Shown here one piece after another: positions 5,430 to 15,439 of a stretch of DNA of 25,945 nucleotides. The notes beneath the pieces are model-generated. The model saw only the letters and a program-made list of their open reading frames with translations. It was not told the origin of the DNA and did no database searches. Position 1 is the stretch's first letter; every line of letters begins with the position of its first letter. Source of the stretch: a virus (lineage: Duplodnaviria; Caudoviricetes); the IMG/VR virus record IMGVR_UViG_3300020460_000049, positions 1 to 25,945 of that record; one strand, written 5' to 3'. Both the position numbers and the translations under genes were made by a program.

Positions 5430-8188
5430 TGAATTCACAAGAAATTTATAACTTATTTCTATCGAAATTTAGAGATGAGTATAACGCGACATTCTTTCAG
5501 GCTATCGAAAACCCTAATGCCCCGACGCGACTGTTAGCAAACAAAAATCCTAATACCATATTTGACCAGCAGATAAAAAAGGCCGTTGTTGCTCGTATCG
5601 ACCAAGAGATAAAAAATGCTGATGGGCGAAGTGCATCGCAAATTGCTAATGCCTTAATTAATGACATGGCTCCGTTCATTAAAAGGCGGAACGAAGCATT
5701 AGAAAACCGTGATAAAGCTGAGACAAACAAGTTTGGGCTTACGACATCAAACGCTACGTTTGATGTGGCTCGCCACAAAAAAGGAAATCAAGATAACACT
5801 GCCGCGATGGTGTCAGATGTTCAGGCCCAAGCGAATGCGTTTATAAATACCATATTACCCGCTAAGGATTTTGGGTCAAAGGCTCCAACATCTCGCGCAA
5901 CGCAAGCAGCCGAAGGTTCAGTAGCCGCCGAAGAAGATCTAGCTAGCATGAGAGGTGCTCAGAACAAGCGCGATGAGGAAGCCGCAGCGGCAGCTCATCG
6001 CCGTCAGAATCCTGATATGTACTTCTCTCAATCTCGCAGGTTTAATGGTGTGAGCTACGCTAAGGGCGACAGGAAGCCAGATGAGTATCTGCGCCAATTC
6101 GGTAGTAGAGGGAATCCGCAACAAGGATTCTCAGGCAGAGTGCCTCAAGAAACCCAAGCTAGCTTTGCTGCTCAGCAATCGACTCAAGATAGCGGTGCGG
6201 CAGGTGACAGCGGGCCAACGAATGCGCAAATTAAGGCGCAACTTGACAACGATTTCGGAGTTGGTAATTGGACACAACTTCCATCAATAGCGGCTTTTGG
6301 TGGCGGCGCATATCTATCTATTAGGGACGAGGAAACAGGCGACACGTACACCTACGACTGGTTCGGGGACAGTGGTCTGTTGGTAATCGACCCTAAGAGC
6401 AGAGATTCTCAAATAAAAGCGGAAATGGAAGCTGAGATCGCTGCATCAGCACCAACTACCCAAAGTCGCATAAGCGGGAATGAAATTGCGCTCGACTCAG
6501 ACGAGAAGTTGTACTATTGGGACCCAGATATCCGTGGCTTCATGGTGGAGACTGAAACGGGTAGTGGGGTCTTTGAAAAAGGCAGGCCGAATCTAACGAT
6601 TGAAGAACAACCTGCCGCATCCACATCTCAGTTCAGGGGTGATTATCTTACTGATACACAGGTTATTGATGGTAAGGAAACTCCTGTCTGGTATAACGAA
6701 GACAATGCCAGATGGGAAACAGGTTACCCTCCTGAAGGCAGGCAGCAGCTTACTACGTACACTACTGCAAGTGGTGAAGATATCCTTATCGATGAAGAAG
6801 GCAACTATGCAGGTAGCTTAGGTATTAGCCGTGATCATATTGTTAGTCAGCGTGATTTCAACGAAGGTGTACGCCAGTTTGATGTTGCTGAAAGTGGTCG
6901 TAACGACAGGTTCTATGCAGGATTAACTGAAGATGCTCGTCAGTTCGATACTCGCTTCGGCGAAGATGTACGTCAATTCGATCTGGGCTTTGGTGAGAAT
7001 GTACGTCAGTTCGATCTCGGGTTTGGTGAAGACCAGCGCCAGTTTAATGAAACTATGGCTGCAAATAACTACTTCAATACCCTTGAGGAGCTTGGGCGTA
7101 ACTACAGAACATTAATTCAGACATCGCCACAGCTTGCTAACGCAGCGACGCAGCAAGGTGAGTTAATACGTAACATCCTTACTCAGGGTGGTGATGTACT
7201 TGCACGTACATTCTTTACACGCGGCGGACAGTCACCATTGCCTGAAATAACAATGGCCGATCTAATCAACAACGTCTATGAAGAGGCGCATCAGATCAAG
7301 ATGTTCGAGCGTCAGGCCATTGAAGACGAAAACATGCGCCGCATGGTAGCCGATATGCAACAAGGGAAGCCTGCATTTGACGCATATGTTGCAGGAGAAA
7401 TGGCGAAGCCGCCGCCGCAAACACGGCAAGACTTCTTTGACGAAACAGCGTTCAATGTCGCTATGACCGATTGGGAGGCAGGTGATTGGACTTCTCCTGA
7501 CCACAGTGCGAAGATTGCGGAGCTTTCAGGCAAGCTGGCAGCAGCGGAAGCTGGTTGGGAGGCTGAGAGAGCGCAAATAAATGCGGACAGAGCAGCGGTT
7601 CAAGGAAGCGACCTGCAAGGTCAGGACTACTTGGACGAAATTTGGGCAGTCAACGCAGCTAATAATCAGTTAACTGCGGAGATGAATGCTACACGCAATG
7701 AGATAAATTCTCAGATCGGGCAGCTACAGTCAGAGATGTACCCATTGCAAAAGCCAACGCGTGACCAATTTACAACGAGCACGTTCATTGAAGGGCAGCG
7801 CCCAATCATGGGTTTCGACGAATGGTGGGGTCAGAACCAAGGCCAGTTCCCATCAAGTCCAATGCTGAATGTACCAGACGTACCTCAGCCGAACTTTACA
7901 ACACAGGAACAGCTGATCGCTCAAGCCAGAGCGACCACACCTCCTGCTGTACAGTCGGTCCTGAGTGGTCAAATGCCATCTCCGTTGCAGTTCGGGGGGT
8001 TGCCACTGCCAACCTTCCAGCAACTACAGGCGCTTACGCCAGATGAGCAACAAATGTTGAATACTCGCTTAATGACCGAGTTCAATGTGCCATTGTCTGA
8101 TATCGCATTCCAGTCACAGCGGCAGTTCTCAGCTCCGAGTATGGACAGGAACAGGGATTTGGCTAGGTTCAGGGGATATAGTGTCTAA
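5429..8188 (+). CDS. Putative internal virion/DNA ejection (pilot) protein, 919 aa
   Basis: Q/A/E-rich, Cys-free, with coiled-coil segments and 11-residue RQFD repeats. Function inferred from composition and context. Confidence 0.55.
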   Translation: MNSQEIYNLFLSKFRDEYNATFFQAIENPNAPTRLLANKNPNTIFDQQIKKAVVARIDQEIKNADGRSASQIANALINDMAPFIKRRNEALENRDKAETNKFGLTTSNATFDVARHKKGNQDNTAAMVSDVQAQANAFINTILPAKDFGSKAPTSRATQAAEGSVAAEEDLASMRGAQNKRDEEAAAAAHRRQNPDMYFSQSRRFNGVSYAKGDRKPDEYLRQFGSRGNPQQGFSGRVPQETQASFAAQQSTQDSGAAGDSGPTNAQIKAQLDNDFGVGNWTQLPSIAAFGGGAYLSIRDEETGDTYTYDWFGDSGLLVIDPKSRDSQIKAEMEAEIAASAPTTQSRISGNEIALDSDEKLYYWDPDIRGFMVETETGSGVFEKGRPNLTIEEQPAASTSQFRGDYLTDTQVIDGKETPVWYNEDNARWETGYPPEGRQQLTTYTTASGEDILIDEEGNYAGSLGISRDHIVSQRDFNEGVRQFDVAESGRNDRFYAGLTEDARQFDTRFGEDVRQFDLGFGENVRQFDLGFGEDQRQFNETMAANNYFNTLEELGRNYRTLIQTSPQLANAATQQGELIRNILTQGGDVLARTFFTRGGQSPLPEITMADLINNVYEEAHQIKMFERQAIEDENMRRMVADMQQGKPAFDAYVAGEMAKPPPQTRQDFFDETAFNVAMTDWEAGDWTSPDHSAKIAELSGKLAAAEAGWEAERAQINADRAAVQGSDLQGQDYLDEIWAVNAANNQLTAEMNATRNEINSQIGQLQSEMYPLQKPTRDQFTTSTFIEGQRPIMGFDEWWGQNQGQFPSSPMLNVPDVPQPNFTTQEQLIAQARATTPPAVQSVLSGQMPSPLQFGGLPLPTFQQLQALTPDEQQMLNTRLMTEFNVPLSDIAFQSQRQFSAPSMDRNRDLARFRGYSV
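6872..7048 (+). repeat. 33-nt coding tandem repeat (RQFDxxFGEDV hendecads)
   Basis: RQF codons begin at 6872, 6938, 6971, 7004, 7037 (33-nt register), with a degenerate DRF unit at 6905. Confidence 0.9.
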
Positions 8189-11100
8189 TGCCTATTTCAT
8201 TTAACAGTTTGAAAGACTTGCAGAGCGAAGGTATACAGCGCGCTGAGTCTCAACCTGCATTTGGAAGATGGGCGGCACAGCCTAAGACTGACAAAGAAAA
8301 AGAAGAAGAAGAACGCAGAAAGTCCTCTGGGGTAGCTGGATTCTTCAACACTGCTCTTGACTGGTATGACAAAGTAGACTTTTCTGTTGCTGACAAGCTC
8401 GGATTAGTAGATAAGATTCCCGAATGGAAGGGTCCTGTTGATGAGATCCTTCGTGCAGGATTGCGTGAAGGGACTCGTATTTCCACACCGTTGATTGCTC
8501 TTGGCGGTATTGGGTTAGCAGGAAAGCTCGGATCTACTGCGGCAAGGGCAGGAGCCAGAGCAGCTGCAAGCCAAGGAGCGCGCAAGGTTGGGTTCAGGGG
8601 ATTGCAAGCGGGGGCTAAAACGGGGCAAATGCTCACTGAGCCTATAGCCAGTGCTAAGAACATTAGTATGCCAGTACGATTCGCTGCTGAAACAGGCATG
8701 GTAGCTGGTGCTGGTATGGCTGCACGTGGTATGCAAGAGACTATTCCTGATACTGCGCCTACAGCATTCAAGGTGGGAGCACCCTTATTAGTTGGTCTTG
8801 CAGGTGGTCTTGGTGGTGCGCGAACCACTATGGCGGCTATGAAAAGAGCAGGTATTAACGTAGATAACGCTCTTAAGCAACGAGAAGTAGCTGAAGCGGT
8901 TGCTGAAACACAGCGCAGAAGCTCGCTGAAGCAGAGTGTTGGTAAGCATCTTACTAAAGCAGAGGAAGAAGATCTCGCGTCTGTATTGCAAAACCCAGAC
9001 TATTATCCAGCCGATGCGCACATTGGCAGAATGGACACTATTCAAGGAAAGGGCAAGCAGCGCAAAGAGGTGGTTACTGGGCGTTACACAAGCGCTGATG
9101 ACATCATCCGCGATGCTTATAGAGCAGACTACGATGCAAACATGCCGCGTCGGGCAACAGATCAAGAGCGTTTCTCCGATCCGTATGAAGAATTAGTCAC
9201 AATGACGGAGCAAAACAAGTATCCAGTCCGACAGATAGACGAGGTAACTGGCGAAGCTACCGTGCAGTGGCGTGATTGGGATGACACCCCTGCGTTCCTA
9301 GATGGTCAGAAAACAGGCGCGCTGATGGCTAACGCATTTGAAATGCGAGCTATGGCTGCGGCTGGTTATGCCAGTAAAGAGGATCAGTACATGAACTTCC
9401 TCCTCAAGGGAGGTAAAAACAATGAATATAAGGTAGAGATAGATGGCAAGATGAGATCGCTTAACGATTTATTAGAAGACAGCAAGTTAAGTGTCAAGGT
9501 TAAGGACGAACTACTCACGCTAGACAAGACTACAGGATTGTATAGGTGGACAGCTAAAGGTAAGCCATTTGAGGCTGCTATTAATAAAATCCGAGATGAG
9601 TTAGACATTCAGCTTGAAGCTGAAAAGCAAGCTGGCATCGACATTAGTGAAATAACGGGTGAGACATTAGGGGACATTCCTCAAGAGGTAATAACCGAGA
9701 TGGGAAGGCGTTGGGATGCGGGCGAAATGCCATTCTTCGGTGACATCATAGAGCGAACTGGTGAGGCGCGAGGGTATTTCCCAAGATTTGTGGCAGAGGG
9801 TTTTGGGGATGGCAATGTCAAGCCGAACGATGCAGTTAGTCGGTCGTTTGGCAATAGATCGTTTGAAAAAGAACGTAAGGCTGGATTTGCTGAAGGCGCT
9901 GAGTACCAAAGGCAGATGTGGGAAGTCGCTGAAGGACGTGGTCGTAACCAAGGTGGGGTGGAAGACATCACATGGCAAGATGTTGAGGTCGGGAGCGACG
10001 AATACAAGCGTAGAATAGCCAATGCTGCCCAATTCTACATGTCTCCCCGTCAAGCATTATCATTGCGGTTCAAGTCAGGCATGGATCGGATTAATGCTCA
10101 ATGGTTTAAGGATGAATTGGCTGGTGGTATACAAGGCGTAGGTGGTGAAACCGTACTCCAGCGTCTCGAGCTTAATCCTGAATGGGGACAAGCTCGAAGG
10201 ACATACATTGACTCTCGTGACAAGGTTAGCCGTATTAAGAAGGCACTATTTGAGGACGCTCGGTACGCACGGTTCGTTAAGAATCTTTCTGAAGTTAAGG
10301 AGTCCACACTCAGGGCTGCTCACTCACGGTTAAATGGTGTATTAAATAGCCAGACTGACCAGATGATAAATCTCCATGCGCAGCTGGATCAGCTTCGCAG
10401 GGACTTCACAACACTTAGCAGGCAGCGCGGTAAAACCCGTAAGGAGTTTAGGGGAGAGGCTACGAGGCAGGTTAAGGATGGTCCTCCACGGATGGTGGAT
10501 GGCCAACTAAAGCAAGTGTACAAGAGGGTTAAGGTAGCGCGTCCTAACGCTCTCCGTATGAAGCTGATCAAAAACGCAATCAGGGACTTAGAAGGCTATT
10601 TAGACGGAAAAAACAATAACTACCAGAAAATACGCGAGAATCCTAAGAAGGCCATGGAGGTGCTTGAGGAAGCTAACAAGCAAGTAAACTTAGGTATCAA
10701 CCAGATGTCTAATAACTTGAAGCGCTTTCCAGCACGGGCATCTGAATTAATAGAAGGCTCTGAGCCGCCACGAACACGTGCCCACCAGTTATCTGAACAG
10801 GCTAACAAGATACAGCGCGAGCAACTCGCTTCTGACCAGAGCATGAGCGAAAGCCTAGGCGAGTTGTTTAGGGAGTTGAAGCGCATCGACGACTTCAAGG
10901 GACTTCGCTTTGCAAGGGCGGACGTAAATGCTCTCGAAGTTGAATTGGCTACCGCGAAGGATGAATTAAAGGTAGCAAGGCAGCAGTATGAGAACGCCCT
11001 TGAGCAAGCAAAGCACCCAACTCAGCAACAGCTAAAACGACAAACATCCGTTCCAGATGGCGAGGGTGGTTTCATAGAGGAATCGTTCTTGGTAAGCAAT

Positions 11101-13233
11101 CAGACAGGGCAGATAAACAACTTTGCGTTCTCTGGTCGTACATTTGAAAAGGGATTCGCGGATGAAATAAATAAATACCTTGAAATGTCTGACAGGAATG
11201 GGTTAGGTGCAGTAGTTAGGAACTTCAATAACTTTGCCAGACCTCTCATGGCAACGCTCGACCTATCAGCTATTGGTATTCAGGGATTACTAGCTATAGG
11301 TATGGACCCTATACGGTCGGCACAGATGATTGCGTATTCGTCACGAGCAATGTTTAATCCTGCGTTCTATGACAGGTTCATAGTAGACAACTACACATTG
11401 ATTGATGACTTCATTAAAGGCGGGGGGTATTGGGCACCTCTCGATGACGCTGGTGAGTTCATGTTCAAGGGCGGTGTAGCAAAAGTACCAGCATTCGGTA
11501 AGCTGGCTCAATTCTCTAACCACCACTTCAGCCGTACTGGTAACTTGTTGCGGCTACAAATGTATAAAAATGCTATGCAGAATACAGGCGCTCTGACAAA
11601 GCTCGGCCTGAAGGGGCAGATGAAAGACAAGGACATTCGCACACGTGAGGACATGATCCAGTCAATCAATGAGGCAACAGGGTTTAAGGCTGGAGTTCCG
11701 TCTGAGCTTGGTACGGCGCTATTCTTTGCTCCGCGTTACTTTGGTTCGCAGCTTAGTCTGCTGAAGAAGGCTGCATACAAGGACGGCCCTGATGGTGCAT
11801 ACGCAAGAGACATGATTGCCCGCACCTTAGCTACGATGTCGCTTGCAACGTGGTTCTTTAACACTATGCAGGATGAGGAGACTGATTGGAGTCCAATTAG
11901 ATACGACATGGAAGGTAATCCACATTGGGATTCTAACTTCATGCGCATTAAGCATGGCGGACAGGACATTTCATTGTTCGGTTCATGGGATTCATTACTA
12001 GCATTACTAGGAACTACTGTTACAGAAGGCCCTGTCAGCTCGGCTACACGGCTAGGAAGAACGAAAGCGTCTCCTGCGATGGCTCGGATGTTCGACATTA
12101 TTACAGGGGAAACATTTACTGGTGACCGCGTAGAGCTAATGAGTGATGACCCGCGTGTATTGGGTATGGCATTCTGGAACCTGCTTAAGCAGCAAGCCCC
12201 ATTCACCGTACAGGACATGCTAGGTGACGTAGCGCAAAGTCCAGATTTCCAGCTCACTGACGTAGGGACGTGGACTCGACCGAGTGCGTTAGGGTTGGCA
12301 TCCAACGTAACTGGTATTAAGGCTGCCCCGCAGACTCCGTATGAGCGTAGAGATGTCAGATCTCAGGAAATATGGGGTCGTAATTGGGAGGAATTAACTC
12401 CATCAGAAAAGACAGATGTCAGGAATAAGTACCCAGAAATAATGGAAGCGATTGACCACCGCAATCAGTTGCTTGCAGATCGTGGAGACATAGATGCGAC
12501 CTTACGTGTCAACGCCACAAAGGCTGAAGCATCAGCGATTGCTGAGGCAAGGGAGCTGGCTCTTGGTGTTGAAAGTGGGAACATCCCACGTGAAGAATTT
12601 GCTAGCAGGTTTAGGGATATCAAGCATGATCTCGCAGTAACTAAGCAAGCTATGTTTGATGCTGCTGGAACCAAGTTCGTAGACTCAGAAGACCCTGTAC
12701 TACGTGCGGTGGGGGAATACTACGACATCATCAACGATCCTGCGATGATGATTGGTGGCAGGCGAGACTGGAACAGGATTGATGATCGTTTAGATTCGCT
12801 AAAACTAAAGCTCGCACCTGAAAACAGAAAAAGATTTGATGAATTTTTCGCTCTAAATTACGGTCAGTGGCCTGAAGAAATACATACATTTATGGAGATG
12901 GACCACGCCATTAATGAGAGTGCCTATTGGGATTTGAAAGAAGAAGCGTTTAATGGACGTACAAAGTACATAGATAAGATTGTTGCAGATGCAGGCATAG
13001 AGCCAATCACTAACTACGACGAGCTTATTCGGGCGATTAATACAGCCACAACTCGTGCATTAAGCAACAGGCTGGACGTACAGTTAAAAATCATAGATCG
13101 TAAGACAGGTAAAGCGCGCGAAAAGCTCAGGAGAAATGACCCAGATCTCGACATCGCTCTCTTTATTACACGTGGTTACAAGCCAGTTACATTACAAGGA
13201 CGCTTAGTGCAAAGGTCGAAACGGCGATTTTAG
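8188..13233 (+). CDS. Large internal virion/ejection protein (1681 aa)
   Basis: Cys-free and helical. N-terminal Gly/Ala hydrophobic segments, a GYFPR motif, central coiled coils, and a C-terminal region ('SNFMRIKHGGQDISLFGSW') reminiscent of the LPD38-like ends of large podoviral virion proteins. Confidence 0.6.
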   Translation: MPISFNSLKDLQSEGIQRAESQPAFGRWAAQPKTDKEKEEEERRKSSGVAGFFNTALDWYDKVDFSVADKLGLVDKIPEWKGPVDEILRAGLREGTRISTPLIALGGIGLAGKLGSTAARAGARAAASQGARKVGFRGLQAGAKTGQMLTEPIASAKNISMPVRFAAETGMVAGAGMAARGMQETIPDTAPTAFKVGAPLLVGLAGGLGGARTTMAAMKRAGINVDNALKQREVAEAVAETQRRSSLKQSVGKHLTKAEEEDLASVLQNPDYYPADAHIGRMDTIQGKGKQRKEVVTGRYTSADDIIRDAYRADYDANMPRRATDQERFSDPYEELVTMTEQNKYPVRQIDEVTGEATVQWRDWDDTPAFLDGQKTGALMANAFEMRAMAAAGYASKEDQYMNFLLKGGKNNEYKVEIDGKMRSLNDLLEDSKLSVKVKDELLTLDKTTGLYRWTAKGKPFEAAINKIRDELDIQLEAEKQAGIDISEITGETLGDIPQEVITEMGRRWDAGEMPFFGDIIERTGEARGYFPRFVAEGFGDGNVKPNDAVSRSFGNRSFEKERKAGFAEGAEYQRQMWEVAEGRGRNQGGVEDITWQDVEVGSDEYKRRIANAAQFYMSPRQALSLRFKSGMDRINAQWFKDELAGGIQGVGGETVLQRLELNPEWGQARRTYIDSRDKVSRIKKALFEDARYARFVKNLSEVKESTLRAAHSRLNGVLNSQTDQMINLHAQLDQLRRDFTTLSRQRGKTRKEFRGEATRQVKDGPPRMVDGQLKQVYKRVKVARPNALRMKLIKNAIRDLEGYLDGKNNNYQKIRENPKKAMEVLEEANKQVNLGINQMSNNLKRFPARASELIEGSEPPRTRAHQLSEQANKIQREQLASDQSMSESLGELFRELKRIDDFKGLRFARADVNALEVELATAKDELKVARQQYENALEQAKHPTQQQLKRQTSVPDGEGGFIEESFLVSNQTGQINNFAFSGRTFEKGFADEINKYLEMSDRNGLGAVVRNFNNFARPLMATLDLSAIGIQGLLAIGMDPIRSAQMIAYSSRAMFNPAFYDRFIVDNYTLIDDFIKGGGYWAPLDDAGEFMFKGGVAKVPAFGKLAQFSNHHFSRTGNLLRLQMYKNAMQNTGALTKLGLKGQMKDKDIRTREDMIQSINEATGFKAGVPSELGTALFFAPRYFGSQLSLLKKAAYKDGPDGAYARDMIARTLATMSLATWFFNTMQDEETDWSPIRYDMEGNPHWDSNFMRIKHGGQDISLFGSWDSLLALLGTTVTEGPVSSATRLGRTKASPAMARMFDIITGETFTGDRVELMSDDPRVLGMAFWNLLKQQAPFTVQDMLGDVAQSPDFQLTDVGTWTRPSALGLASNVTGIKAAPQTPYERRDVRSQEIWGRNWEELTPSEKTDVRNKYPEIMEAIDHRNQLLADRGDIDATLRVNATKAEASAIAEARELALGVESGNIPREEFASRFRDIKHDLAVTKQAMFDAAGTKFVDSEDPVLRAVGEYYDIINDPAMMIGGRRDWNRIDDRLDSLKLKLAPENRKRFDEFFALNYGQWPEEIHTFMEMDHAINESAYWDLKEEAFNGRTKYIDKIVADAGIEPITNYDELIRAINTATTRALSNRLDVQLKIIDRKTGKAREKLRRNDPDLDIALFITRGYKPVTLQGRLVQRSKRRF

Positions 13234-13234
13234 T

Positions 13235-13268
13235 TTGACTAATGCACATAAGCACTTATAAACTTATG
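13235..13268 (+). promoter_or_regulatory. Internal sigma70-like promoter upstream of scaffold/capsid, overlapped by an inverted repeat
   Basis: TTGACT 13235-13240, then TATAAA 13257-13262 (16 nt spacer) or TAAACT 13259-13264 (18 nt). CATAAG 13247-13252 / CTTATG 13263-13268 form an inverted repeat. SD AAGGAGG precedes 13293. Confidence 0.6.
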
Positions 13269-13292
13269 GCACAGATGTTCTAAGGAGGAACA

Positions 13293-14111
13293 ATGACGCA
13301 AGAAGTAGATGCTCAAGTCGAGTGGACTACGGAAGCTGATCTCGCTGAAGATACCGATGCGCAAATGGCTCTTAGCGAAGATGTAGTGGAAGAAGTACAG
13401 AGCGACCCAGACCCATCCGCACTCATAAGCACGTTACAGCAGCAGCTAGACCAACTGAAGAAAGATTTTGCTGACAGTAAACATGTCACAAACCGCGCAA
13501 CCAGTTCTCTAGATCGGCTCAACAACAGGCTCGATGAGTTTGCCACCAAATCAGATCTCGAAACAGCTCAACAATCTATTGCTGGAATCCGCAGTTTGAT
13601 GGACATAGGTTTATCCGATGTCATGTCAGATGAGGGGAAAGTACAACTTGCTGAACAGCGGCAAGAAGATACCTACTCTCGTGCGCTTAATGATGCAAAG
13701 AATGACTTGAGGCAAGAACTGAATGGTGCATCCCCTGACACTGTGGCTGGTCAAGTCACTGATGATCAACTAAATGATGCCGAACGCAGGGCCGCTGAAG
13801 CCTCGAGTCGCGTCTATGGTTATGCGGAAGCAAAGGGGATTGCCGCAGATGAGGTCGCCAAGATGCCTATATGGGATCAACAAGGCCGTACCTTAGAAGA
13901 AGCAATCACTAATGCAAAGGAGTACATAGATTCTATGTCAGGTAATTCCGAATCAAATCTAGCGCAACGAAAAGAAGCAGCAGCAGGTTCTCCCGAACGT
14001 GCAACAACCAGTAGTTCAGTGTTGACCATTGATAAAATGAAAAACATGTCACCACAAGAGCTAATGAAGATCCCTAAAGAGATTCGACAGAAAGCTCTCC
14101 GAGGTGGCTAA
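13293..14111 (+). CDS. Capsid scaffolding protein
   Basis: Acidic N-terminus, coiled coil and basic C-terminal 'MKNMSPQELMK...RGG' tail, directly before the MCP. Confidence 0.8.
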   Translation: MTQEVDAQVEWTTEADLAEDTDAQMALSEDVVEEVQSDPDPSALISTLQQQLDQLKKDFADSKHVTNRATSSLDRLNNRLDEFATKSDLETAQQSIAGIRSLMDIGLSDVMSDEGKVQLAEQRQEDTYSRALNDAKNDLRQELNGASPDTVAGQVTDDQLNDAERRAAEASSRVYGYAEAKGIAADEVAKMPIWDQQGRTLEEAITNAKEYIDSMSGNSESNLAQRKEAAAGSPERATTSSSVLTIDKMKNMSPQELMKIPKEIRQKALRGG

Positions 14112-14131
14112 CTATTAGCTAGGAGACAATC

Positions 14132-14980
14132 ATGTCTGTTGACAGATTTATTCCTTCGTTATGGGCGGCTACTCTACTTGAGAATTTAAATGACGCGCAC
14201 GTTGCTGTTAACTTATGTAACAGGAACTACGAAGGAGACATCTCTCAGATGGGTGATACAGTTCGTATTACTTCCATCGGGCGAGTAACAATCTCCAACT
14301 ACACCAAGAACAGTACGTCAATTACTCCTGAGACTCTTGACGATTCTCAGCAAGTTTTGACCGTTGACCAAGCAAAGTATTTTGCTTTTGAGGTTGACGA
14401 TATTGATGCACGGCAAGTCAGAGATGATGGTGCATTGATGGATGTCGCTATGCGCGACGCTGCTTGGGGTCTTGGAGACGCTGCTGACACTTCGGTGTTA
14501 TCAGCTATGCAAGCACAGGGAGATACAGGTAACGCTCTTGGAGCATTAACCATTGGTACAGGTAACGTAGATGCCTATGAGAACATTGTGGATTTGGCTG
14601 TAAAGCTCGATGAAAACAATGTTCCAAGGTCAGGTCGTTGGTGCATTATTCCACCGTGGTATCACGGCTGGTTGCAGAAAAACGCCAACTTCGTATCCTA
14701 CGGTACAAGTGCGAACCGTGAGGACCTCGAAAACGGAATCATCGGTGCTGCTGCTGGTATGAGAATTGTTGTTTCTAACAACCTTCCTTCTGCTGGTACA
14801 GGACGAAACTACGTTATCGCTGGTCACTCGGATGGTGTTACCTATGCAGAGCAAATCAACAGTGTTGAGGGCTACCGACCTGAGTCGAGCTTCTCTGACG
14901 CTGTAAAGGGTTTGCACCTGTACGGCTACAAAATTACGCGACCATACGTGTTGGCTAACGCCGACTGCGTTTCAGCGTAG
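14132..14980 (+). CDS. Major capsid protein (HK97 fold, P22-coat-like family)
   Basis: 'FIPSLWAATLL', 'NRNYEGDI..GDTVRI', 'LTVDQAKYFAFEVDDID', 'FSDAVKGLHLYGYK..RP'. SD AGGAG. Confidence 0.92.
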   Translation: MSVDRFIPSLWAATLLENLNDAHVAVNLCNRNYEGDISQMGDTVRITSIGRVTISNYTKNSTSITPETLDDSQQVLTVDQAKYFAFEVDDIDARQVRDDGALMDVAMRDAAWGLGDAADTSVLSAMQAQGDTGNALGALTIGTGNVDAYENIVDLAVKLDENNVPRSGRWCIIPPWYHGWLQKNANFVSYGTSANREDLENGIIGAAAGMRIVVSNNLPSAGTGRNYVIAGHSDGVTYAEQINSVEGYRPESSFSDAVKGLHLYGYKITRPYVLANADCVSA

Positions 14981-14996
14981 GAAAGGGGATTAGAAA

Positions 14997-15374
14997 ATGG
15001 CAGTTACAGACGTAACACTCACAGAACTAACCCTGAACACAGCAAGTGCTGACTTGCCTATTGCCAGTTGGACCGCAATTACCAACGGCACTGACGGATT
15101 CTCTGTGGACATGACTGGCGTTGGTTCGCCAGTGGTCCTCGGATTCTCCGACGGTGGAGGCGCGGCGGATGACGTAACAATCACGGCTGGTGACAGACCA
15201 CCAGCGCAGCTACAGGGACAGGGCAACCTGTCGATCACTATGGCTGCGAACGACGTGAAGTACGTTGTTCTTGAGTCTGGACGGTTTGAACAGAACGATT
15301 CCACTATCAAAGGAACCGCTGCTGCAAACGCGACCAAGATGATTGCGTTCTTGCTACCAGTTAACTGGGGCTAG
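14997..15374 (+). CDS. Putative capsid decoration/minor capsid protein
   Basis: 125 aa, T/A/G-rich beta protein directly after the MCP and before a strong hairpin. Confidence 0.55.
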   Translation: MAVTDVTLTELTLNTASADLPIASWTAITNGTDGFSVDMTGVGSPVVLGFSDGGGAADDVTITAGDRPPAQLQGQGNLSITMAANDVKYVVLESGRFEQNDSTIKGTAAANATKMIAFLLPVNWG

Positions 15375-15384
15375 TTTGCTAATA

Positions 15385-15424
15385 TAGGTGTAGGGGGTGT
15401 TCTGGGGAGTGCCCCCTATACTTA
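15385..15424 (+). terminator. Long G-U-containing hairpin (terminator/attenuator or mRNA-stability element)
   Basis: 15385-15402 pairs with 15407-15424 (18 bp, 5 G.U, loop TGGG). The G.U pairs favour + strand RNA. No long U tract. Confidence 0.6.
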
Positions 15425-15439
15425 CTTAGAGGAGATATC

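Noticed and set aside
5429-5700. Slightly AT-richer start of the 919-aa gene as a foreign module
   Set aside because: The difference is modest (about 41% GC in the lines counted) and explicable by K/N/I-rich composition.
6872-7048. 33-nt repeats as a CRISPR array
   Set aside because: In-frame coding repeats with synonymous variation, no unique spacers and no cas genes.
8250-12305. Long antisense ORFs (e.g. 8250..8828, 11736..12305)
   Set aside because: Shadow frames of the 1681-aa gene; the same applies to the other antisense and nested ORFs across the operon.
12583-12598. Second parS-like site (CCCACGTGAAGA)
   Set aside because: Only the CACGTGAA core matches; it is within a CDS and the flanks are not palindromic.
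14960-15000. Programmed frameshift or readthrough extending the capsid protein
   Set aside because: No slippery heptamer at the MCP end, and the next gene has its own SD-like sequence.
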